Assembly: GCA_964503275.1 (NCBI GenBank)
Contig: CAZCZO010000002.1
Location: 22,262 to 86,261, forward strand
Source: an uncultured Gemmatimonadaceae bacterium
GTDB taxonomy: Bacteria > Gemmatimonadota > Gemmatimonadetes > Gemmatimonadales > Gemmatimonadaceae
Reading direction: 5' to 3'
Length of the DNA: 64,000 bases
Shown here in pieces: positions 56,547-64,000 of this stretch. The translations under genes were made by a program, and so were the position numbers. The notes beneath the pieces were generated by a model. The model made no database searches, was not told the origin of the DNA, and saw nothing but the letters and a program-made list of their open reading frames with translations. The first letter of the stretch is position 1; each line of letters opens with the position of its first letter.

Positions 56547-58799
56547 ATGACCACGCTCGGTCGCTGGCGGTCCGTCCTCGGCGCGCTGCTCCTGATGACG
56601 GCGGACGCAGCAGCACAGGCAGGGTCCACCTGCGCCCCGGGCAGCGACACCGAAGTGCGGCTGCTGGCCTTCGAGGGCAACCGCAGTTTCTCGGACGCGG
56701 TGCTGGCCGACGGGCTGCAGACGTCGGCGTCGTCGTGGACGCGTCGGGTGCTCCGGCGCTTCGGCACGCGGCACTGCCTGGACCGGCTGCAGGTGCGCGA
56801 CGACGCGCTCCGCTTGCAGATCTACTACCGCAATCACGGCTACGCGGCCGTACGCGTGGACACGGCCATCACGCCGCTGAGCCGGGGTGCGGTGGCGGTG
56901 CGTTTCGTGATCGACGAGGGTCCCCTGACGCGGATCGACACGCTGCGGGTCCTGGGGCTCGACGCGGTCCCGGAGCGGGAGCGACTGCTGCAGGGGCTCC
57001 CGCTGCGCGAGGGTGAGGCCTTCGACAAGTACGCGCTGTACCGGTCACTGGACACCCTGACGCGCCGCCTGCGGAACGGCGGGTATCCGGCCGCCGAGGT
57101 GTTCTACTTCTACGCCTCCGACACGGCGGCGCGCTCGGCGGTCGTGGAGCTCGATGTGTCGCCCGGCACGCGGGCGCGCATCGGCAGCATCTCGATCACG
57201 TCGGCGCCGGTGCGCCCGGGGGGCGAGGCGGTCCCGGCGTCCACCGTGCAGCGCTTGCTCAGTGTGCGCGAGGGCGATCTGTACCGCGAGTCCGCACTGG
57301 AGCGGAGCAAGCGGACGCTGTTCCAGACGGACATCTGGCGGGTGATCGGGGTCGATGTCGACTCGGCCGATGTCGCGCCACCCGGCGCGGCCGAGGTCGA
57401 TGTGCGTATCGCTCTGACCGAGGCGCTCACCAAGTCGCTGCGGCCCAGCGTGGGGTACGGCACGCTGGACTGCTTCCGCACGGATGCCGAGTATCGCGAT
57501 GTGAACTTCCTCGGGTCGGCGCGGCGCTTCGAGGCGCGGGGCCGGGTGTCGAAGATCGGTATCGGCGCGCCGCTGGGCGGTGCGGCCTCACTGTGCCCGA
57601 CCCTGCGCGAAGATCCGTACAGCGAGGATCTCAACTACTACGCGGCCGTCAGCTTGATCGAGGCCACGGACCGCCTGTTCTCGTGGCGTCCGAGCGTGAC
57701 GCTGTATTCGGAGCGTCGCTCGGAGTTCCGCGCCTTCTTGCGCGAGACGCCGGTCGGGACGGTGTTCTCGTCCACGCGGACCGGCAGCCGCCGGCGCACC
57801 TGGGTGAGCAGCTACCAGCTGGAGTACGGCCGCACGCAGGCGCAGCCGGCGCTGTTCTGCGCCCTGCAGAGCGTGTGCACGGCCGAGGACCGCGATCCCT
57901 TGTTGCGTCTGCGCCGCGTCGCCATCGCCGGTCTCTCCGCGTCGCAGGACTGGAGCGACGTGCCGACGAACCCGAGCCGCGGGGGCGTGGCGCGCGTGGA
58001 GCTGCGCCATGCGAACAGTGCGATCGGGTCGGACGCCGGTCTCGAGTTCACGCGGGCCACGGCGGACGTCGCGGTGTACCTGACGTTGCGGCGCGGGGTG
58101 GTGCTCGCCCTCCGCGGTCGCGCGGGGGTGGTCACGGGGCCGGAGCTGCGCGGCACCTCGCGGTTCATCCCGGCGCAGGAGCGCTTGTTCGCGGGTGGTC
58201 CGACTTCGGTGCGCGGCTTCGAGCAGTCCGACCTGGGGCCCAAGGTGTACATCGCGCGCGGCTACGACACGGTGCGCGTGGGTGGCGGGTCCGGTCCGAT
58301 CCTGCCGACGGACACCGTGTACTTCCGCGCCGCCAACGCGTCGGCGATCGAGCGGCCCGTTCCCACCGGTGGGACGAGTCTCGTGGTCGGCAACGTCGAG
58401 CTGCGGCTGCCGTTCCCGGTGCTCGAGGATCGGCTGCAGTGGACGATCTTCGCGGACGCGGGTGAGCTGTGGACGCCCGGGGCGAGCCAGTCCGAGGATC
58501 GCTTCAACGGGCTCAAGGTCACCCCAGGGCTCGGCTTCCGTGTCGTGACGCCGTTCGGCATCCTGCGCATGGATGCCGCGTACAATCGCTACGCGCCCCG
58601 CACCGGGTCGGCGTACTATGACGCGCCCGTGCTGGCGGGCGGGCAGCTGTATTGCGTGAGTCCGGGGAATACCTTGCCGATCGTCGGCGTGGGGACCGGG
58701 GCGACCGTGCAGGCGGCGGGTCCCTGCCCCTCGGACTTCACGCCGGGCCGTACGCGGCAGCGTGTGCGCTTCGCCTTCGCGATCGGGCAGGCGTTCTAG
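56547..58799 (+). CDS. tamA: Omp85-family outer membrane protein (TamA/BamA-like, POTRA plus beta-barrel).
   Basis: Signal peptide, POTRA-like repeats, and a C-terminal surface-antigen barrel ending ...RFAFAIGQAF. Followed 2 bp later by the TamB-like gene. Confidence 0.8.
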   Translation: MTTLGRWRSVLGALLLMTADAAAQAGSTCAPGSDTEVRLLAFEGNRSFSDAVLADGLQTSASSWTRRVLRRFGTRHCLDRLQVRDDALRLQIYYRNHGYAAVRVDTAITPLSRGAVAVRFVIDEGPLTRIDTLRVLGLDAVPERERLLQGLPLREGEAFDKYALYRSLDTLTRRLRNGGYPAAEVFYFYASDTAARSAVVELDVSPGTRARIGSISITSAPVRPGGEAVPASTVQRLLSVREGDLYRESALERSKRTLFQTDIWRVIGVDVDSADVAPPGAAEVDVRIALTEALTKSLRPSVGYGTLDCFRTDAEYRDVNFLGSARRFEARGRVSKIGIGAPLGGAASLCPTLREDPYSEDLNYYAAVSLIEATDRLFSWRPSVTLYSERRSEFRAFLRETPVGTVFSSTRTGSRRRTWVSSYQLEYGRTQAQPALFCALQSVCTAEDRDPLLRLRRVAIAGLSASQDWSDVPTNPSRGGVARVELRHANSAIGSDAGLEFTRATADVAVYLTLRRGVVLALRGRAGVVTGPELRGTSRFIPAQERLFAGGPTSVRGFEQSDLGPKVYIARGYDTVRVGGGSGPILPTDTVYFRAANASAIERPVPTGGTSLVVGNVELRLPFPVLEDRLQWTIFADAGELWTPGASQSEDRFNGLKVTPGLGFRVVTPFGILRMDAAYNRYAPRTGSAYYDAPVLAGGQLYCVSPGNTLPIVGVGTGATVQAAGPCPSDFTPGRTRQRVRFAFAIGQAF

Positions 58800-58800
58800 G

Positions 58801-61800
58801 ATGGCGATGCGCAAGCGCGCGATCGTGCTGCTCAGTGCGGCGATCACGTTGGGGCTGCTCCTCGTGACGGTCGGCGGGGCGTTGTTGTACGCGGGGACGG
58901 CGCATGGGCGCAGCTTCCTGCGCGGTCGCGTGGAGGCCGTGCTCGCGGGCCGGATCAACGGGCGGGTGCACGTCGGGGCGATCTCGGGCTCGCTGTGGAG
59001 CGACATCCGCATCGATTCGCTGGAGATCCGCGATGTACAGGACTCGCTGGTGCTGGCGAGCGGCCCCATCGCGGCGCGGTACGACGTGGCCGACCTCGTC
59101 GATCTGCGGATCATCGTGAAGTCCCTGCGGGTCGAGCGGCCCTTCCTGCATCTGCGTCGCGACACCACCGACGCGTGGACGTACAAGCGGTTGATGCGCA
59201 AGCGCACGATGCCCTCGACCCCGAGCACGGGCCGGGGCTTCGGGAGCTTCGTGCTGCTGGATTCGGTCGAGGTGACGGGTGGACAGTTCCGGTGGACGGA
59301 GCCGTGGCGGCCGAACGCCGCGCTCACGGGCAGTGCGCGCGACAGCAGTATCGCAGAGGAGCTCGCGCGCACGGACCACGACACGCGCCGGTCGGGCGAG
59401 GGCTTCGTGCGCGCGCGGCATTGGCGGGGACTCGGGGCGGTGTTCCCGCGGATCCGGGTCGCGCATCCTGACACGGCCGGTGTGCACCTCACCATCGCGC
59501 GGCTCGACGTGGACGAGTCGGACCCGCCGCTGCTGATCAGCGACCTGCGTGGTGAGGTCGAGATCGTCAACGATTCGGTGCGATTGCGGGTCGAGGAGTT
59601 CCACCTGCCGGGGTCAGTCGGCCGCGCCGAGGGCGTGGTGACCACGAAGGACGGCCTCGGGGTGGATGTGCGCATCGACTCGGACTCGGTGTCGCTCGCG
59701 GATCTCAACTGGGTGTACCCGTACCTGCCGGTCGAAGGCGGCGGCCGGATGCGGCTGCACATCAGCAAGCAGCGCGACTCGGACTACACCGCGTATGCGC
59801 TCAGTGACATCGATGTGCGCAGCATGCGCTCGCACCTGGTGGGCGCGATGACCTTCGGGGTCGCGGACGAGCTGGCGGACATCACCGACGTCGATGTCAC
59901 CCTGCTTCCGCTCGACTTCGTGCTCATCGAGCGCTTCAGCGGTGAACCGCTGCCGCTGCCCTGGGCCGGTGCGCTCCGCGGCCGGGTGCGCGCGCGCGGC
60001 GGCCCGCTGGCGCGCTTCGTGGTGGACGAGGCGCAGATCGATTTCGCGGATGCGAACGTGCCCGGGGTGGTGAACCGGTTCCAGGGTGCGGGCGCGCTGG
60101 ACATCACCGTGCCGGCCCTCACGGCGTTCCAGGACTTCGCGCTGCAGGTGGACCGGCTCGAGATGCGGACGTTGCAGGCGGTGAATCCCGAGTTCCCGCC
60201 CTTGCGGGGCTGGGTCGAGGGCGTGGTGCGTCTCGACTCGGTGTGGACCGACGTCCGCTTCCGCGACCTCGATATGCGGTACGCGGACGACACCCTGCCG
60301 CGCAGCCGATTCCTGGGCGCGGGTCGCGTGACCACGCTGGTGGATGATCTCGTGTACGATGTGTCGCTGCAGGCCGATTCGCTGTCGCTCGACGCGGTCG
60401 CTGCGTCGTACCCGGCGCTGCCCGTCACGGGCATGGTCGCGGGCGCGTTCACCGTGCGGGGTCGGCTCGCCGATCTGGCCGTGGACGGGCAGTGGGCCAA
60501 CGCCGCGGGGCAGGTGGTGGCGTCGCTGCAGATGGATGCCCTGGAGCCGATGTACGCGGTGAGCGGGCACGTCGATCTCCTCGGCTTCGACCCATCGGGG
60601 TGGCTCCGTGGGGCCAAGGACGTGGCCGGTGAGTTCGGTGTGGGGCTCGATCTCGCCATCTCCGGCGACTCGCTCGCGACGCTCGACGGCGGGGTGAAGG
60701 TCAGCGTGGAGCGCTCGCGATTCGGTGATGTGCGCGTGTACCGGGGCCGGGCCGATCTCCTCTTCGGGCAGGGACGCGTGGCGGTCGATACCGTGAGCAT
60801 CGAGACCTCGGCGCTCACCCTGCGTGGCGCGGGCGCGTTGGGGCTGCGGGCCGGGGTGCGCGACTCCGTCCGGTTCGCCATCGACGTCGACTCGCTCGGG
60901 GGCCTGCGCTCGCTCGCGCCGCTCGCGGGTCTGGCCGACTCCGTGCCGATGGACTCGCTCACGGGTCGCCTCAGTGGCGGCGGCGTCCTGCGGGGCAATG
61001 TCGAGTCGCTCGACGTCGAGGCCGGGATCGCGGGCACCAGTCTCGTGCTGGGCACCACGGAGACGCGGCGTGTCGCCGTGGAGGTCGCGGTCCGTGACAT
61101 CTTCGACGCGATCACGGGCACGATCACCGCACGGGTGGACTCTGCGGTCGTGGGCGGGATCCGGCTCCAGCAGGCGGTCGGGGCGGTGGCACTCGCAGGG
61201 CGTGACACCGCCCGCATCACGCTGGACGTGCTGAGTGCCACCGGACCGACGCTGCTGGTGGCGGCGACCACGGCCACCGATTCGTCGCGCAGCACGACGC
61301 ACACACGCCTCGAGACCGTCGATCTCGCGATCGATGGGGACCGGTGGCGATTGCAGGGCGCGCAGGACCTGCGCGTCACGCGCGAGGGTCTCTGGGTGGA
61401 CACGCTCACCTTGCAGTCGTCGGCGGGCGGGAGCATCCGCGTGGCGGCCGCACTGCCCTCGGAGGGCGCGATCGTCGCGGTGCTTCGCGCGACGGCGGTG
61501 CCGCTCGCCGACCTCGGTCGCCTGGCGCAGTCGCCCGAATCCGTCGGTGGGCTCGTCGACCTGCGCGTGGACATGACCGGGACACGCGACGCGCCCGAGA
61601 TGCGCTTCGACCTGCGCGGCCAGGACGCCAGGTTCGGCGAAGGGCGCATCGAACAGCTCACCGCCGCCGGCAGCTACGCGGAGCGCGTGTTGCGCGGGAC
61701 GATGGAGTTGCGGGCCCGGCAGCAGCAGGTCGCGCGCGCCGAGGTCGCGCTGCCACTCGATCTCACGCTGCGCAGCGTCGCTGATCGCTTCGTCGATGCC

Positions 61801-63345
61801 CCGCTCCGCGGGACCTTGGTCGCCGACAGCACGGATCTGACGGTCGCCGAAGCGTTCACGACGGCGATCCGCGGGGCGAGCGGTCGGATGGTGGCGCGGC
61901 TGGATATCGGCGGGACCTGGGAGCGGCCGCGTGTGGACGGCCGGCTGCGCATCCTGAACGGGGCATTCGGCCTGCCGGCCTTGGGGTCCGTACGCTGGCG
62001 TGAGGTGCAGGGGGACATCGAGTTCGCCGGCGATACCATCCACCTGCGGCGGCTCTCGGCGCTGAGTGGCGCGCGCGCCGGCAACGAGGGACGCATCGTG
62101 GGCTGGGTGAACATCGCCGACCCCGAGGACCTCTCGTTCGACATCCGGGTGCGCTCGACCCAGTTCCGGGCGATCGACAAGGCCGGCGTGGCCACGCTGG
62201 ACGTGTCGACGGCGCTGATGCTCGCGGGCCGGGAATCGGGCAGTGACCTGACCGGCACGGTGACGATCGACGCGGGCGATATCCTCATCCCCGACGTGTA
62301 CCGCAAGAATGTGATCTCGCTCGACGATCCGGAGTTCTATCGCATCGTCGACACGACGGTCTTTGCGAACCGCCAACTGTTGCCGACTGCGCCGTCGGCG
62401 CTGGTAGAGAACCTGCGCGTGGGCAACGTGACGGTGAACGCGGGGCCCGACCTGTGGCTGCGATCGACCGAGGCGAACGTGAAGTTGGGTGGCGGGCTGC
62501 GGGTGGCGGCGGGCCGGAGCCAGCGGGCGGCGGACCGCGGGGCGCGGCAACTCGCGCTCGAGGGGACGCTGCTCGCCGAGCGGGGGACGTACCGGCTGAA
62601 TCTCGGTGTGATCCAGCGGACGATGGAGGTCGAGGGCGGGACGGTGCGGTTCTTCGGGGACCCGGACAACAATGCGGCGCTGGACATCTCGGCGCTGTAC
62701 ACCGTGCGGCAGTACGACCAAGGGGATGCGCGGCAGGACGTGCGGGTGCGCGCGGTGTTGAGTGGCACGCTGTTGTCGCCGGCGCTCCGCCTGGAGAGTC
62801 CCGACTCGGTGCGCATCAGCGGCGCGGACCTGATCAGCTACCTCGTGACCGGCTCGCCGAGCTTCGAGGTCGGGGGACGGGCGTCGGACTACACCTCGAC
62901 GGCGGCGAGCTTGTTGCTGCAGTCGCTGGGCAGTGCGATCGGGAGCCGCCTCACGGGTGGCGCGCTGGATCTGTTCGAGGTGCAGACGGGAACGGTGGGA
63001 CAGACGCCGGCCAACGGACGGAACCTGGGCAGCTCCATCCTCAGCGGGACCCGTCTGCGAGGCTCCGGTCAGTTGACGGACAACCTGTTCATGCGCATCG
63101 ACGCGGGCCTGTGCTCGTTCGGGCAGCTCGTGGGCGGCGACGCCGGCGGGAACTTCGATCCGGTCGCGCTGGCCGATGCGCTGGGCGTGAAGGTCGACTG
63201 GCGGATCAGCGATGTGTTGGGTGTGTCGGGTGGTATGGAACCCTCGACGAGTGCGTTGCTCTGTGCCAGCGGCGCCAGCGCCCGGGGCTTCGCGCCCACA
63301 CCGCGACAGTGGGGTCTGGACATCTTCCGCACGTGGCGGTTCTGA
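58801..63345 (+). CDS. tamB: Translocation and assembly module protein TamB-like (AsmA-like, DUF490 C-terminus), 1514 aa.
   Basis: N-terminal TM anchor (MAMRKRAIVLLSAAITLGLLLV). Long beta-rich repetitive body and a conserved C-terminal DUF490-like segment. Confidence 0.8.
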   Translation: MAMRKRAIVLLSAAITLGLLLVTVGGALLYAGTAHGRSFLRGRVEAVLAGRINGRVHVGAISGSLWSDIRIDSLEIRDVQDSLVLASGPIAARYDVADLVDLRIIVKSLRVERPFLHLRRDTTDAWTYKRLMRKRTMPSTPSTGRGFGSFVLLDSVEVTGGQFRWTEPWRPNAALTGSARDSSIAEELARTDHDTRRSGEGFVRARHWRGLGAVFPRIRVAHPDTAGVHLTIARLDVDESDPPLLISDLRGEVEIVNDSVRLRVEEFHLPGSVGRAEGVVTTKDGLGVDVRIDSDSVSLADLNWVYPYLPVEGGGRMRLHISKQRDSDYTAYALSDIDVRSMRSHLVGAMTFGVADELADITDVDVTLLPLDFVLIERFSGEPLPLPWAGALRGRVRARGGPLARFVVDEAQIDFADANVPGVVNRFQGAGALDITVPALTAFQDFALQVDRLEMRTLQAVNPEFPPLRGWVEGVVRLDSVWTDVRFRDLDMRYADDTLPRSRFLGAGRVTTLVDDLVYDVSLQADSLSLDAVAASYPALPVTGMVAGAFTVRGRLADLAVDGQWANAAGQVVASLQMDALEPMYAVSGHVDLLGFDPSGWLRGAKDVAGEFGVGLDLAISGDSLATLDGGVKVSVERSRFGDVRVYRGRADLLFGQGRVAVDTVSIETSALTLRGAGALGLRAGVRDSVRFAIDVDSLGGLRSLAPLAGLADSVPMDSLTGRLSGGGVLRGNVESLDVEAGIAGTSLVLGTTETRRVAVEVAVRDIFDAITGTITARVDSAVVGGIRLQQAVGAVALAGRDTARITLDVLSATGPTLLVAATTATDSSRSTTHTRLETVDLAIDGDRWRLQGAQDLRVTREGLWVDTLTLQSSAGGSIRVAAALPSEGAIVAVLRATAVPLADLGRLAQSPESVGGLVDLRVDMTGTRDAPEMRFDLRGQDARFGEGRIEQLTAAGSYAERVLRGTMELRARQQQVARAEVALPLDLTLRSVADRFVDAPLRGTLVADSTDLTVAEAFTTAIRGASGRMVARLDIGGTWERPRVDGRLRILNGAFGLPALGSVRWREVQGDIEFAGDTIHLRRLSALSGARAGNEGRIVGWVNIADPEDLSFDIRVRSTQFRAIDKAGVATLDVSTALMLAGRESGSDLTGTVTIDAGDILIPDVYRKNVISLDDPEFYRIVDTTVFANRQLLPTAPSALVENLRVGNVTVNAGPDLWLRSTEANVKLGGGLRVAAGRSQRAADRGARQLALEGTLLAERGTYRLNLGVIQRTMEVEGGTVRFFGDPDNNAALDISALYTVRQYDQGDARQDVRVRAVLSGTLLSPALRLESPDSVRISGADLISYLVTGSPSFEVGGRASDYTSTAASLLLQSLGSAIGSRLTGGALDLFEVQTGTVGQTPANGRNLGSSILSGTRLRGSGQLTDNLFMRIDAGLCSFGQLVGGDAGGNFDPVALADALGVKVDWRISDVLGVSGGMEPSTSALLCASGASARGFAPTPRQWGLDIFRTWRF

Positions 63346-64000
63346 GCGCCACGGCGCTGGTCCTGGTGAATCCGGCGTCGCGCCGCGGGGCGGCGCTGCA
63401 GGCGCGTACCTTGGCGGCGTTCGCGGCGGCGGGCGTCGTGGCCGACGCGGTGGTCACCGAGTACGCTGGGCACGCGGCCGCCTTGGCGCGGGCGGTGGTG
63501 GACCGTTACGACCAGGTGTTCACGCTGGGTGGCGACGGCACCGCGATGGAGGTGGTGGACGCGTTGGCGGGCACCGAGCGGGCGGTGGGCATCCTGGCGG
63601 GTGGCACCGGCAACCTGCTGGCCCGCGCCCTTGGGATCCCGTTGGATGTGCGGCGGGCCGTGCCGGCCCTGCTGGCGGGGCATTCCCGTTCGATCGACCT
63701 CGGGGTACTGGCGGGCGGTCGTCGCTTCGCGGTCGCGGCTGGCGTGGGCATCGACGCGGCGATGATCGCGGGGGCGCCGCCGTCCGCCCGGCGCCGTTTC
63801 GGGGTCGCGGCGTACGTGGCCTCGGCGTCGGCCGCGATCCTGCGGCGGCGGACCTTCGCGGTGCGTGCGGTGGTCGATGGGCGTCGCGTCGAGCATGCGC
63901 ACTGCGCCGGTGCGATGATCGTGAACGTGGGCTCGATCCTGAACGGCGTCCTGCAGCTCGGGCCGGGGATCAGGCCCGACGACGGCGCGTTGGATCTCTG
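63333..64000 (+). CDS. Diacylglycerol-kinase-like lipid kinase (DAGK_cat domain). The C-terminus is off the window.
   Basis: VLVNPASRRG...FTLGGDGTAMEVVDAL...GILAGGTGN matches the GGDGT motif family. Putative GTG start overlapping the tamB stop. Confidence 0.65.
   Translation, partial: MAVLSATALVLVNPASRRGAALQARTLAAFAAAGVVADAVVTEYAGHAAALARAVVDRYDQVFTLGGDGTAMEVVDALAGTERAVGILAGGTGNLLARALGIPLDVRRAVPALLAGHSRSIDLGVLAGGRRFAVAAGVGIDAAMIAGAPPSARRRFGVAAYVASASAAILRRRTFAVRAVVDGRRVEHAHCAGAMIVNVGSILNGVLQLGPGIRPDDGALDL

Noticed and set aside
1-64000. CRISPR arrays, IS elements or transposases, integrases, and rRNA genes.
   Set aside because: No regularly spaced direct repeats, no DDE or tyrosine/serine recombinase-like ORFs, and no rRNA-like conserved segments were seen.

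Overview
This is a GC-rich (about 70%) bacterial chromosomal window, densely coding, with no rRNA or tRNA genes, CRISPR arrays or transposases detected. Taxonomy cannot be established from this window; several protein architectures are reminiscent of a Gram-negative soil lineage such as Gemmatimonadota or Acidobacteriota, which is a guess only. Because of the high GC content, the six-frame ORF track is full of long antisense shadow ORFs. Genes were called from recognisable protein motifs, and starts were re-derived by hand; the track reports GTG/TTG starts as M. Housekeeping content includes an M1 aminopeptidase and a large BNR/Asp-box protein. It also includes a GlcD/E-GlcF glycolate oxidase, ArgJ, YgfZ, AroB, a PduO-type adenosyltransferase and a type-2 ferredoxin-NADP reductase. 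TamA and TamB, a sigma-70 family sigma factor and a molybdopterin oxidoreductase are also present. Accessory or unusual content includes a VapBC plus class II Fic island with an AT-rich operator region, next to a remnant of an FG-GAP repeat gene. There is a nucleotidyltransferase overlapping a small upstream ORF, which is a candidate non-canonical toxin-antitoxin pair. A BlaI plus BlaR1(M56)-TonB signalling pair has a clear promoter and operator. Two SPFH/flotillin modules are present, one of them in an NfeD-flotillin-thioesterase operon. A lipoprotein, FtsX-like permease, ABC ATPase and DUF2238 protein form one operon. A co-directional minus-strand string of 12 genes (33960-46185) contains a ChlI-like AAA+ ATPase with a degenerate Walker A motif and an acidic-linker vWA protein, separated by three unrelated genes. 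This split ChlI-like ATPase / vWA pair is the best candidate for a poorly described system in the window.
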